A stretch of 32,000 nucleotides of DNA from Chryseolinea sp. (GCA_965229185.1 OZ245870.1:5599761-5631760); one strand, 5' to 3'. Shown: positions 1 to 9,385, counted from the first letter of the stretch. The notes: generated by a model from the sequence alone, not told the origin. Numbers and translations: made by a program.

Positions 1-1
1 G

Positions 2-175
2 TCCAGGATGAGGAGTGAAGCAGTTCAGCATATCCTGCTGGAAAAAGCTATCCCGGACCACAAAATTACGATCAAGGACTGGGGGCTGGAAAACCCCGTT
101 TACAGCAATACTTCGTACCAGGGTATGCAAATGAACCGGCGGGTGGATGTCATTTTGTACCCGATTATCTTTTAG
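2..175 (+). CDS. OmpA/MotB-family protein, C-terminal fragment (5' end outside window)
   Basis: Frame 2 is open from the window edge to TAG at 173-175. The tail ...SYQGMQMNRRVDVILYPIIF carries the NRRV(D/E) signature that closes OmpA-like peptidoglycan-binding domains. Confidence 0.55.
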   Translation, partial: SRMRSEAVQHILLEKAIPDHKITIKDWGLENPVYSNTSYQGMQMNRRVDVILYPIIF

Positions 176-339
176 TGCCCGACACCGTCCGGAATAGGAC
201 ACCGTTTTGCACAATCGGACGTATCCCGGGGTAACAAAAGTCATTTCAGGCTAGTCTAAGCCACCAAAACCCCTTGGCATTATTGTTGGCCTTAAGGGCA
301 TCCGAGGGGCCAGAGAGCCGATTGTTAACAACCATTTTC

Positions 340-1026
340 ATGATCAAACTACAGGATATTGACAAATACGTGGATTCACGTTTCCAGCGCACTTTTGTTC
401 TTAAGGGTGTCCAGCTACACGTTGAGCAGGGCGAATTTCTTACCATCATGGGCCCCAGCGGCGCGGGTAAGTCGACGTTGATGAATATTATCGGCATGCT
501 GGACGAGCCATCGGCCGGAGAATACTACTTTTTCGATGAGCCGGTCCATAAGATGAAGGAGAAGCAGAAGTCGGAGATGCACAAGAATTACATCGGGTTC
601 ATTTTCCAGGCTTATCACCTCATCGATGAGCTCACGGTATACGAAAACATCGAAACCCCGTTACTCTACAAAGGAGTAAGTGGAACGCAACGCAAGAGTA
701 TGGTTGCGGAAATGCTCGACCGATTTAACATGGTCGCAAAAAAGGACCTTTTCCCCGAACAATTAAGCGGCGGTCAGCAGCAGCTGGTTGGTATAGCCCG
801 GGCTATCGTTGGGCAACCGAAATTATTACTGGCGGATGAGCCTACGGGTAACCTGCATTCGGATCAGGGAAGGCAGATCATGGATATCTTCAAAAAATTG
901 AACGATGAAGGGATCACGATCATTCAGGTAACCCATTCCGAAGAGAATGCGCGTTTTGGAAAACGAATTATCAGGGTGGCTGATGGAGCCATCGTTGCCG
1001 ATGAAAAAGTAACCGTTAATGCATAA
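340..1026 (+). CDS. ABC transporter ATP-binding protein (MacB/LolD-like ATPase subunit)
   Basis: Walker A GPSGAGKST, signature LSGGQQQ, Walker B LLLADEPTGNLH, H-loop VTHS. The track ORF begins at a TTG (274); the first ATG at 340 (MIKLQDI...) gives the usual N-terminus. Confidence 0.9.
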   Translation: MIKLQDIDKYVDSRFQRTFVLKGVQLHVEQGEFLTIMGPSGAGKSTLMNIIGMLDEPSAGEYYFFDEPVHKMKEKQKSEMHKNYIGFIFQAYHLIDELTVYENIETPLLYKGVSGTQRKSMVAEMLDRFNMVAKKDLFPEQLSGGQQQLVGIARAIVGQPKLLLADEPTGNLHSDQGRQIMDIFKKLNDEGITIIQVTHSEENARFGKRIIRVADGAIVADEKVTVNA

Positions 1027-1032
1027 GAAGAA

Positions 1033-2379
1033 ATGAAGAGAATAATATTTTCCGGGATCTTTTGTTTAGCCGTATTGATTGGCCGCGCACAGCAGCCGTC
1101 TACTGCAAAGCTGACGTTTAAGGACGCCGTAAAGATAGGCCTGCAGAATAACGTCACGCTTAATCAGCACAAAAACCAGTTGCAGTATACTCAGATCAAC
1201 AAGACTTCGACGTTGCTGCAAATGGGACCTAGTGTTCAGGCTTCCGCGGATTTTTACCGCACGGATGGAAATTCGTTCAACCAGAATGAAGGAAAGGTTG
1301 TTAATGGAGTTATCGATTACATCGGGGGCAATGCGAGCGCCAGTATGCCCGTATTCGGTGGATTTAATGCGATGAACCAGTACCGCTCGGCCAACAACAC
1401 AAACGAGGCGCAGCTGTACCAGGTCCAGCGCTCCAGCCAGGACGTTATCCGCGACGTTTCCAATCAATACCTGTTTTGCCTGCTCGACCAGGAACTGGTA
1501 AGAATCAACGAGGAGAATGTCGCCACACAGTCGGTCAATTACCAGCAGATCAAAGAACAGGTTGAACTGGGCGCCAAAGCCGAGTCCGATTTATATAACC
1601 AGCAGTATCAGCTCAAGAATGCCGAGTTATTGCTGGTACGGGCAAAAAATACGCTTAAGAATGATATTGCCACGCTGGCATTGACCCTGCAGATCGATCC
1701 TAATATTTATTTTGAAGTCGAGCGGGTTGAGTGGGATATAAATCAACTGGTTGCGGACAGCCTCACGCTGGATGCCATGTATGCGACGGCGCTTGAACGG
1801 AGAAGCGACTTAAAACAGGCCGAACACCGGGAGAAGGCGGCGCATTTTGGCTACTCCGCCATGAAGGGAAGGTATTACCCCAGCGTCACGGCGAATCTTC
1901 AGTACGGATCACGGTACAACTATATACAGGGTGAAGTCAACCGCTCGTTTAACGATCAGTTCACAAAAGACAATACGAGCCTGAGCTACGGTTTCAGCTT
2001 GTTTATTCCCATCTACAACGGGTTGCTTTACCGGTCGCAGGCCGCCAGCTCGCGTGTCCTGTATAACAACGCCAAGGTTCAGAGCAAAAACGCCGAGGTT
2101 ACCGTGAAGACGGACATCCTCCGGGCTTACCAGAATTTTAACGATGCCAAGACCAGTTATGCTGCGTCGCAGGCCCAGCTTACGGCTGCGGAGATTTCTT
2201 ATAAAATGGAAAAGGAACGTTACGACCTCGGCATCTCCAACATCGTTCAGCTGTCGACTGTAAACCAGGCATATGTAAAGGCGCAGGGTGACTTTAAGAG
2301 CGCCGAGTTCAACCTGATGTTCCAAAAGCTGTTGATCAGCTACGCCATGGGTACCCTCCAGTTCGAGGACATACCCTAG
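1033..2379 (+). CDS. TolC-family outer membrane efflux protein
   Basis: 448-aa ORF 6 nt after the ATPase. It has an N-terminal signal peptide (MKRIIFSGIFCLAVLIGRAQQ). Length and two-repeat coiled-coil composition are typical of TolC-like outer membrane factors. Confidence 0.8.
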   Translation: MKRIIFSGIFCLAVLIGRAQQPSTAKLTFKDAVKIGLQNNVTLNQHKNQLQYTQINKTSTLLQMGPSVQASADFYRTDGNSFNQNEGKVVNGVIDYIGGNASASMPVFGGFNAMNQYRSANNTNEAQLYQVQRSSQDVIRDVSNQYLFCLLDQELVRINEENVATQSVNYQQIKEQVELGAKAESDLYNQQYQLKNAELLLVRAKNTLKNDIATLALTLQIDPNIYFEVERVEWDINQLVADSLTLDAMYATALERRSDLKQAEHREKAAHFGYSAMKGRYYPSVTANLQYGSRYNYIQGEVNRSFNDQFTKDNTSLSYGFSLFIPIYNGLLYRSQAASSRVLYNNAKVQSKNAEVTVKTDILRAYQNFNDAKTSYAASQAQLTAAEISYKMEKERYDLGISNIVQLSTVNQAYVKAQGDFKSAEFNLMFQKLLISYAMGTLQFEDIP

Positions 2380-2404
2380 CCTTACTACATCCGGATCAAT
2401 TATA

Positions 2405-2429
2405 AGTCCTGCCCGGCGGGACTTTTTTT
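2405..2429 (+). terminator. Rho-independent terminator after the TolC-family gene
   Basis: AGTCCTGC-CCG-GCGGGACT hairpin (8 bp including one G.U) followed by a T7 run, 26 nt after the stop. Confidence 0.6.
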
Positions 2430-2545
2430 ATGCACGGGCCGCAGCGAGGGGAAAACCGGAACAGCCTGGAATCCCCGAAAAGCGCTGCAGGGGAGCGGGG
2501 TGGCGCTTTGTTTTACAATAGCGCATGGATTTTGGCGTTTTTTCT

Positions 2546-2553
2546 TACCTTTG
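2546..2553 (+). promoter_or_regulatory. Candidate Bacteroidota -7 promoter box for rpsA
   Basis: TACCTTTG is a perfect match to TAnnTTTG, ~105 nt upstream of the rpsA ATG (implies a long leader). Confidence 0.35.
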
Positions 2554-2659
2554 CAGCCCCGCTTGAGTAAGTGGGCGGTCTCCGATGTTCCGGGGTCTGT
2601 AACATCAACTAAAGTGTAGCTGGTCCGCCCGCCCGCTGCATGTAAAAAGGGCGTTTTTT

Positions 2660-4651
2660 ATGGCTAAAACATCAAAACCAGGTGAAAGACCAAGAAAGGT
2701 TGTAACAGCTGAGGAAGTTAAACCCGTTGTGAAAAAGCAAAAAGAAGGTAAGATAGAGATCGACGAAGACGATCCGTTGGCTGAGATCAAATCCCTTCAG
2801 AAAGAAGAGATCGCGACCGAAGCCATACCGGTTTCCGAGCTGAAAAAAGCGAAATACGAGAAACAAGTACCGGGTGAATTTGACTTTGATTCATTCGACA
2901 CCAAAGGTTTTGGTGAAGGATATTCCAAAGACAAGCGTGCCGAAATGGAGAAAATGTACTCCGGAACGGTCACCTCTGTTGATAGCGGCGAAGTGGTAAA
3001 AGGAGTTGTGGTTGGAATTAACGACCGCGATGTAATCCTGAATATAGGTTTTAAATCCGATGGACTGGTGCCTCTGGCGGAGTTCAAGGAGATGACCAAC
3101 CTGAAGATCGGTGATGTAGTCGACCTGTTCATCGAAGAGCGTGAAGACGCTATGGGTCAGCTTGTATTGAGTCGCAGAAAAGCGAAGCTCGTTAAGGGCT
3201 GGGAATATGTGCAAACCGCACTAGATAAGGATCAAGTCATCGAAGGTTTTGTTAAACGCAGAACAAAAGGTGGTCTTATTGTCGATGTATTTGGAATCGA
3301 AGCATTCTTGCCCGGTTCTCAGATCGATGTAAAACCGATCCGTGATTTTGATATTTATGTGAACAAGTCGATCGAAGTGAAAGTTGTTAAGATCAACTAC
3401 ACGAACGACAACGTGGTTGTATCCCATAAAGTGTTGATCGAGAAAGATCTTGAACAGCAGAAAGCGGTGATCCTTACCAACCTTGAAAAAGGACAGGTAC
3501 TGGAAGGTGTGATCAAGAACATGACCAACTTCGGTGTATTCATCGACCTGGGTGGTGTAGACGGATTATTGCACATCACGGATATCAGCTGGGGACGTAT
3601 CAACCATCCGGAAGAAGTACTTAAACTGGACCAGACGGTCAAGGTTGTTGTACTGGATTTCGATGGAGACAAGAAGAGAATTTCACTGGGTATGAAGCAA
3701 CTCACGCCACATCCTTGGGATGCATTGGCAGCTGAAATCCAGGTTGGCTCTAAAGTAAAAGGCAAGATCGTCAATGTTGCCGACTACGGAGCATTCCTCG
3801 AATTGCAGCCTGGTGTTGAAGGGTTGATTCACGTCAGTGAAATGAGCTGGTCACAACACCTGCGCAATCCTCAGGATTTTATGAAAGTAGGAGATGAAGT
3901 GGAAGCTGTGGTGCTGACGCTGGACCGCGACGAGCGGAAGATGTCACTCGGCATCAAACAACTCACCGAAGATCCGTGGACAAGACAAGACGTTCTTACC
4001 AAGTACGCTGTGGGAACGAAACACAAGGGTATCGTCCGTAACCTGACCAACTTCGGTTTGTTCATCGAACTGGAAGAAGGTATCGACGGCCTGGTACACG
4101 TTTCCGACTTAAGCTGGACAAAGAAAATCAAACATCCTTCCGAGTTTGTGAAGGTTGGTGATACCATGGAAGTGCAGGTATTGGAGCTGGATGCGTCTAA
4201 CCGCAGGCTGGCGTTGAGCCATAAGCACATGGAAGAAAATCCGTGGGATACGTTCGAAACGATCTTTACGATTGGTTCGGTGCATAAGTGTACCGTTATC
4301 AGTAAGAACGACAAAGGCGCAGTGCTGGAGTTACCTTACGGAATCGAAGGTTTCTGTGCGGCGAAGAATCTTCAGAGAGAAGATAACGCCAAGATTGAAG
4401 TAGGTGAAAGCCTTGACTTCAAGGTGCTGGAATTCTCGAAGGAAGACAGAAGGATCGTGCTTTCGCACAAATCGATCTGGTCAGCCGACGAAGAAAGACC
4501 TGCAGCGGCAGCAGCCAAGAAGAAAACAGCTCCTGCAAAAGGAAGCACCGTACAATCGATAAACCAGCAGTCGGAGAAATCCACGCTGGGTGATCTTGAA
4601 GCGCTCAGTGCGTTGAAAGAAAAGATGTCCGGAGGCGACAAAGCTGAATAA
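2660..4651 (+). CDS. rpsA: 30S ribosomal protein S1
   Basis: Six tandem S1 repeats (e.g. GVVVGINDRDVILNIGFKSDGLVP, GVIKNMTNFGVFIDLGGVDGLLHITD, GKIVNVADYGAFLELQPGVEGLIHVSE). 663 aa, with a K/E-rich N-terminal extension and an A/K-rich C-terminal tail. Confidence 0.95.
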   Translation: MAKTSKPGERPRKVVTAEEVKPVVKKQKEGKIEIDEDDPLAEIKSLQKEEIATEAIPVSELKKAKYEKQVPGEFDFDSFDTKGFGEGYSKDKRAEMEKMYSGTVTSVDSGEVVKGVVVGINDRDVILNIGFKSDGLVPLAEFKEMTNLKIGDVVDLFIEEREDAMGQLVLSRRKAKLVKGWEYVQTALDKDQVIEGFVKRRTKGGLIVDVFGIEAFLPGSQIDVKPIRDFDIYVNKSIEVKVVKINYTNDNVVVSHKVLIEKDLEQQKAVILTNLEKGQVLEGVIKNMTNFGVFIDLGGVDGLLHITDISWGRINHPEEVLKLDQTVKVVVLDFDGDKKRISLGMKQLTPHPWDALAAEIQVGSKVKGKIVNVADYGAFLELQPGVEGLIHVSEMSWSQHLRNPQDFMKVGDEVEAVVLTLDRDERKMSLGIKQLTEDPWTRQDVLTKYAVGTKHKGIVRNLTNFGLFIELEEGIDGLVHVSDLSWTKKIKHPSEFVKVGDTMEVQVLELDASNRRLALSHKHMEENPWDTFETIFTIGSVHKCTVISKNDKGAVLELPYGIEGFCAAKNLQREDNAKIEVGESLDFKVLEFSKEDRRIVLSHKSIWSADEERPAAAAAKKKTAPAKGSTVQSINQQSEKSTLGDLEALSALKEKMSGGDKAE

Positions 4652-4670
4652 TTCCTGATAATCTGATAAG

Positions 4671-4707
4671 GGAAGGTGACTGGCGATTTGGTCACCTTTC
4701 CTTTTTA
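4671..4707 (+). terminator. Rho-independent terminator after rpsA
   Basis: GGAAGGTGAC ... GTCACCTTTCC stem (8 perfect bp plus 2 after a bulge), 10-nt loop, then TTTTT. Confidence 0.7.
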
Positions 4708-4734
4708 TAACCTTGCAATAACCCCTGTTTTTTT

Positions 4735-4742
4735 TAGTTTTG
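4735..4742 (+). promoter_or_regulatory. -7 promoter box for tRNA-Cys
   Basis: TAGTTTTG is a perfect TAnnTTTG ending 13 nt before the tRNA 5' end. A TTG lies ~20 nt upstream (4713-4715), as in the Bacteroides -33/-7 consensus. Confidence 0.5.
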
Positions 4743-4755
4743 CACGGAACAAAAA

Positions 4756-4826
4756 GGTCTCGTGGCCGAGTGGCTAGGCAGAGCTCTGCAAAAGCTTCTA
4801 CAGCGGTTCGAATCCGCTCGAGACCT
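4756..4826 (+). tRNA. tRNA-Cys (anticodon GCA)
   Basis: Hand-folded cloverleaf. Acceptor GGTCTCG/CGAGACC; 3-bp D stem; anticodon stem GAGCT/AGCTT with loop CT-GCA-AA; 4-nt variable loop; T arm AGCGG-TTCGAAT-CCGCT; discriminator T; no encoded CCA. 71 nt. Confidence 0.9.
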
Positions 4827-4833
4827 CGAAATT

Positions 4834-4865
4834 GCCCCAGTACTCTTCGTATTGGGGCTTTTTTA
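4834..4865 (+). terminator. Rho-independent terminator after tRNA-Cys
   Basis: GCCCCA (4834-4839) pairs with TGGGGC (4853-4858), followed by a T7 run. Confidence 0.7.
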
Positions 4866-5091
4866 TTTCATTAGTAATCTACTAGTAAACTACGTAGCCA
4901 GTCCTCTTCCCCGCCTATGTGAATTTAGGAAATGTTGTGCATTAACGAGAAAAACAGACCGAAAATTAATCCCCACCATTGGTCTTATACTCTGTTTTCA
5001 TTAGGATCGGTAGAATGACACGTAACATTCCAACCGCGATAAATTCCAAACAATTTTTATTTTTAAATTTTGATCATCTTCTTCCGGTTTC

Positions 5092-5105
5092 CTGATACTT
5101 ATCAT
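5092..5105 (+). promoter_or_regulatory. Crp/Fnr-type dyad CTGAT-ACTT-ATCAT upstream of the desaturase
   Basis: TGAT-N4-ATCA dyad. Its centre (5098.5) lies 29.5 bp before a -7-like box TATTCTTG (5128-5135), the same geometry as four other sites in the window. Confidence 0.45.
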
Positions 5106-5157
5106 TTTTTAAATTGATTTTATAGGATATTCTTGCTTTCAACGAAATACCCTGTCA

Positions 5158-6276
5158 ATGAAGGCTATAAAATTTGTGTGCAGCGATAAGCACCAACAAC
5201 AATTTGCAGCAGCGCTGCGAAAAAATGTCAACGATTATTTTAAGGAAAATGGAATTTCAACAAAAGGTAACTTGGAACTCGCGATTCAGACTATCGCCAT
5301 GTTATCCCTGTACATCATTCCATTCATATTCATATTGATTGTTCCAATGAATGTGTGGATTGCTTTTGTACTGGCTGTCATAATGGGGGTGGGAGTAGCT
5401 GGTATTGGCATGGGTATAATGCACGATGCCGTACACGGCTCATTCTCACACAAAGAATGGATCAATAAAATATTTGGGGGAACACTTTATTTATTAGGTA
5501 GTAATGTCCTTGTCTGGAAGATTCAACACAATGTGCTACACCACACCTATACGAATATTGATGGACGTGACGAAGACATTGCATCCAAAGGACCTATCCG
5601 GCTTTCTGAACATGCCCCTCTTCGAAAAATTCATCGCTATCAATACATCCACGCATTTTTATTCTACGGGCTGATGACCTTCTCGAAGCTCGTCAAGGAT
5701 TTCAAGCAATTAGCGGAATATAACAAAGCTGGTATTACACGACAGCTGCATATAAATCCGACTCTGGAATACATAAAGATGATATTGATGAAAATTGTGT
5801 ATCTCTTTATTTTTATCGGACTCCCTATACTGCTCACTGGATTCAACTGGTGGCAAGTGCTGATTGGCTTCTTTATTATGCACTGGGTAGCGGGATGTAT
5901 TTTAAGTACAGTCTTTCAAATGGCGCATGTAGTTGAGGGAACTGCACAGCCAATACCCAATGCACAGGGTATTATCGAGAATGAATGGGCAGTTCATGAA
6001 TTAAATACTACGTCCGACTTTGCACGAAATAATCTTTTCCTCAACTGGTATGTTGGTGGATTAAACTTTCAGATTGAGCATCATTTATTTCCAAACATCT
6101 GCCACATCCATTATAGGAAGATTGCTCCAATTGTAGAGAAGACAACAAAAGAATTCGGTTATGTCTACAATTTGAAACCGAGTTTTGTTGCCGCTATATC
6201 TTCGCATATAAAGAGGTTGAAGGAATTGGGTAGACCAATCGTTAATAGTTCGGGAGCATCAAGCATGATATCCTGA
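5158..6276 (+). CDS. Membrane fatty acid desaturase, front-end (Delta6/DesD-like) type, no cytochrome b5 domain
   Basis: Three histidine boxes HDAVHG, HNVLHH and QIEHH (Gln in the third box is the front-end desaturase hallmark), plus N-terminal TM helices. Confidence 0.85.
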   Translation: MKAIKFVCSDKHQQQFAAALRKNVNDYFKENGISTKGNLELAIQTIAMLSLYIIPFIFILIVPMNVWIAFVLAVIMGVGVAGIGMGIMHDAVHGSFSHKEWINKIFGGTLYLLGSNVLVWKIQHNVLHHTYTNIDGRDEDIASKGPIRLSEHAPLRKIHRYQYIHAFLFYGLMTFSKLVKDFKQLAEYNKAGITRQLHINPTLEYIKMILMKIVYLFIFIGLPILLTGFNWWQVLIGFFIMHWVAGCILSTVFQMAHVVEGTAQPIPNAQGIIENEWAVHELNTTSDFARNNLFLNWYVGGLNFQIEHHLFPNICHIHYRKIAPIVEKTTKEFGYVYNLKPSFVAAISSHIKRLKELGRPIVNSSGASSMIS

Positions 6277-6518
6277 AATGTCATACAATTGACCTTAATG
6301 TCAGAGTTAAACCTCCATTTTTCTTGTTCATGTGTTCAATCGACTAGGAGAGGTCTCCTACTTTGATGTAGAGGCCACTCTGAACATGAGTCGAAGATTT
6401 TGTAATGCATGAAGTTAAATAATTAAAATTGACATGTACAAGGTTCTACCGTGCAAAGTGGTTAATTCAAAACACAATCAAAATCATTTGATTTAGGAAT
6501 GCTTCTTTAAGCATCAAA

Positions 6519-8510
6519 TCAAAAAGCAAAACTCATAGATATATAAAAATTTCTTCCGGGCCTTGGTACGTTTCCCCAATCCAGGTGATTGTGATACATG
6601 GTATTCAGGATGTTCTCGATACCTCCGTTGATTGAAAGATTCTGTTTTTTAAAGGTATACTGAGAACGAAGATTCAGTATCGCATAACCCTGTGTGACAT
6701 CTTCGCCAAAAGATGAGTTCACTCTTTCCTGACGAAAAGCTCCTTCACATTCAGTTTGAATATTCCATTGGTTAAGTGTGTACTGCAATGTTGTAATAGT
6801 TGTTAAAGCTGGTATGAGCGGTAGTGGAGTGTTGGTGTTATCTCTTGCAAGCGTGTACTTGGTTACATTAACCAACCGAAAGTGATGTGTAAGATTGGCA
6901 ATGATGTTGAAATCACCTCCTATAAATGTTGCTGACTGAATATTGTGATAGACTTTAACGCCATTTGCTCCAGGCGTCATGGGGCGAATATCTGCCTGGG
7001 CACTGGCAAAGATGTAATCAGGAAGATACTTGTAAAATCCAGTAGCACTTACCTGAAAACTGCTGGTGAAATATGTAAACATCAAATCTCCCGACCAGCT
7101 CTTCTCTGCTTTTAGATTAACATTTCCAATGTAATCATATCCATCGTTCCGGCTAAAAAGATAAAAGCCATACGTTTCACTTAAAGTCGGAATGCGTTCA
7201 CCATAACCGGCATGCAGTTCTGTAATAAATGAATTGCCTGCCATTTGCTGAATGCTGGCATGGAATGATTTTGTAATGATAGATGTCGTGTTTTGAATTT
7301 CAGGATAAAAAACCTCTAATTGGTCTTTACCGATTCCCTCGTCCAATGTGCTAGCCGTAAAGTCTACCCGTACATCTGCTTTGATTTTAGTTGTAGTCGA
7401 CAAGGAATAGTGATCCTCCAGGTATAGACCTGCTGCTGCTCTTCCAGAGGCTGGCCATGTTTGCATATACATGGGCGCTTCATTTTCGGGATACATCGTC
7501 ATCTCGGCTAACACCTTGTTGTAGTAAAAGTCCGAACGAAAAGATACGGCATGATTTTTCAAACGATGCAACCTTCCTTCTACAAACATGCCCGTGGTTT
7601 TACTTTCTCCTGGCATATCCATGTGCATGCTTATATCGGTGCGATGAGTATCATCCATTTGATGATAGATACTATTATAATAACCCTTGACACGAAACGT
7701 TTCGACCAGTCCGTGGCAACGGACCCGCTGATACGTCAGTGCGTAAAGCCTTGCTTTCGCCAAGCCAACATCCATCGGTAGTGCTGAGAATCCGATGTTC
7801 CAGCCATCATCAAGTAGCATATTGGCATAAAGGGTATCCTTTCCAATACTCCATTTTCCACCGCCAGAAAAATTAAATTTTTCGTATTGAGAATAGGGTA
7901 CGATGTCACCATTTCCGTCTTTGTAATTATGTGCTTTCCTGTAATTAAGGCTGATGTTGTATGCACTTTTCTTTGATGAGTAATTTCCATTGAAATAGGC
8001 GTTTGCTCCTTTCGAAATTCCCTGATAGCCAATCCCGGCACTTCCAGAAAATGTTTTCGTGGAAAAACTGGGTTGCGCCAGTTGCATGTCAATAGTTCCG
8101 CCAACAGTAGATCCCATTTTTGAGCCACTGGAACCAGGCTTGATGCTCATGGCTTTTAGGTTTTGTGGTTCAACATAAATCGTAACAGGATCCATTTTGT
8201 CTGTGCAAGCACCAAACATCTTCATTCCATCAATAGTTACATTGATTTGTCCTGCTGTCATCCCCTGAAGCATCGGTTCTAGCCCATAGCTTCCCCGCTT
8301 TATAAGGTACACACCTTGCATACGGTTTAGAATGTCTTCGGTCGTGGCTGATTTATTGGCGCGGAAGAAATTTTGTAACGTATCTTTTTCTGCCGAGGAT
8401 TGGATAGTGATTTCAGAAAGCAGATGAGTGGGCAGTGAATCATATTCAGGCAATTCTTGAGCCATACCGCAGAAGGGCAGAAGGAGTATTAAAATAGCAA
8501 GGCATTTCAT
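6519..8510 (-). CDS. TonB-dependent receptor, probably OprC/NosA-like copper receptor
   Basis: Signal peptide, plug region (EITIQSS...), 663 aa, C-terminal aromatic residue (..SMSFAF). The plug motif IDGMKMFGACTDKMDP contains CxxxM (C102, M106). A Met/His cluster SMHMDMP lies ~194 aa later, resembling the OprC Cu site. Confidence 0.8.
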   Translation of the reverse strand: MKCLAILILLLPFCGMAQELPEYDSLPTHLLSEITIQSSAEKDTLQNFFRANKSATTEDILNRMQGVYLIKRGSYGLEPMLQGMTAGQINVTIDGMKMFGACTDKMDPVTIYVEPQNLKAMSIKPGSSGSKMGSTVGGTIDMQLAQPSFSTKTFSGSAGIGYQGISKGANAYFNGNYSSKKSAYNISLNYRKAHNYKDGNGDIVPYSQYEKFNFSGGGKWSIGKDTLYANMLLDDGWNIGFSALPMDVGLAKARLYALTYQRVRCHGLVETFRVKGYYNSIYHQMDDTHRTDISMHMDMPGESKTTGMFVEGRLHRLKNHAVSFRSDFYYNKVLAEMTMYPENEAPMYMQTWPASGRAAAGLYLEDHYSLSTTTKIKADVRVDFTASTLDEGIGKDQLEVFYPEIQNTTSIITKSFHASIQQMAGNSFITELHAGYGERIPTLSETYGFYLFSRNDGYDYIGNVNLKAEKSWSGDLMFTYFTSSFQVSATGFYKYLPDYIFASAQADIRPMTPGANGVKVYHNIQSATFIGGDFNIIANLTHHFRLVNVTKYTLARDNTNTPLPLIPALTTITTLQYTLNQWNIQTECEGAFRQERVNSSFGEDVTQGYAILNLRSQYTFKKQNLSINGGIENILNTMYHNHLDWGNVPRPGRNFYISMSFAF

Positions 8511-8572
8511 GATAGTGGAATTTTAGAATAGAGGGGTACAAACTTTATAATGTTGTACCCCTCCATCCTCTT

Positions 8573-9385
8573 TTAATCAAGTGTCACATCAAAAAATATA
8601 GGTTCTGATTCATCTCCGCGATTGAGGGTAAGGTTTAATCGCCATTCACCTGTCATCGTGAAATTTACTTTGCCACGATATTGACCATTGGCCTCGTCAT
8701 AAACGGGATCAACATTATTTGGAGAGCCATGATCCATGGAAGGCATTTCAGGTTCCAGGGATATGGTGAAGTTATCAACAGGAGTAAACTCTGTACCACT
8801 CACCATTTTGTATACGGCAACATCAAAATCATTTACCCCAACTTTTTTCTTTGCAGGGAAATTGTAGGCAATAAATATTTTTTCGCTGGATTCGGTTACG
8901 AATGATTTTACCCGAGATGGTGTTGCACTGGCCACTTCGATGTCAAATGTCGCTGTGCCGAATTTTTCATTTAAATGATTATGCACACCAATATTCATCT
9001 CCCAAAAACCCATATCACTGCTGGGCATTATGAAAATCGCTGCGCCAGGGAACAATTCTTTGACAGCATTTTCATCTTCAGGATTGATAACAGGACAGGA
9101 GTGTTGCATTCCTCCCTCCATGGTCATCACGGGATTAAAATGGACATGTGATTCTTTTATTCGTTTTCCGTTGGTTGAATCATACAACGCTACATATAAG
9201 CTGTTGTAACCCGAAAACAAATCTTCATTAGCCCATAGTTCAACTTTGGCACCTGCACCCAGAGCGTACGCTTCACCAATTTTAGTAAGGCCATCCGTTG
9301 GATTGATGTTGGTTTCATCATCGGAGCATGAGAATATTGAAAGTGATATTAAAAATACGGAGATATACTGAATAAATGATTTCAT
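8573..9385 (-). CDS. Lipoprotein with Met/His-rich motifs (putative periplasmic metal, possibly Cu(I), binding)
   Basis: Lipoprotein signal MKSFIQYISVFLISLSIFSC. Two repeated halves each carry a Met/His motif (HFNPVMTMEGGMQHSCP and EPEMPSMDHGSP). An alternative upstream ATG at 9427 is possible. Confidence 0.6.
   Translation of the reverse strand: MKSFIQYISVFLISLSIFSCSDDETNINPTDGLTKIGEAYALGAGAKVELWANEDLFSGYNSLYVALYDSTNGKRIKESHVHFNPVMTMEGGMQHSCPVINPEDENAVKELFPGAAIFIMPSSDMGFWEMNIGVHNHLNEKFGTATFDIEVASATPSRVKSFVTESSEKIFIAYNFPAKKKVGVNDFDVAVYKMVSGTEFTPVDNFTISLEPEMPSMDHGSPNNVDPVYDEANGQYRGKVNFTMTGEWRLNLTLNRGDESEPIFFDVTLD

Noticed and set aside
231-244. GTAAC-AAAA-GTCAT, a near match to the TGAY-N4-RTCA dyad upstream of the ABC ATPase
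   Set aside because: It has a left half-site mismatch and no TAnnTTTG-like box at the 29.5-bp offset, so it was not counted as a regulon member.
2605-4695. Numerous 60-150-aa minus-strand ORFs inside rpsA. Similar shadow ORFs occur opposite the ABC/TolC genes, TBDR, nadB, norB, kinase, nrdJ, nadA, GNAT and 563-aa genes
   Set aside because: They lie antisense to strongly supported genes, have low-complexity Ser/Thr/Leu-rich translations and carry no motifs. They are typical frame shadows.
4762-5004. 80-aa plus-strand ORF (GTG start)
   Set aside because: Its 5' part is the tRNA-Cys gene and its terminator read as protein. The rest is AT-rich intergenic DNA, so it is a spurious ORF.
4827-5157. 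Possible genomic-island boundary at tRNA-Cys, with G+C dropping from roughly 46-50% on the left to roughly 37-46% on the right
   Set aside because: There is no integrase, recombinase or transposase anywhere in the window. I could not find a direct repeat of the tRNA 3' end. The lower-GC side contains core genes (nadA, nadB, queD, nrdJ). The shift is modest and may reflect gene-to-gene heterogeneity. A sliding-window GC and codon-usage computation plus comparison with related genomes would settle it.
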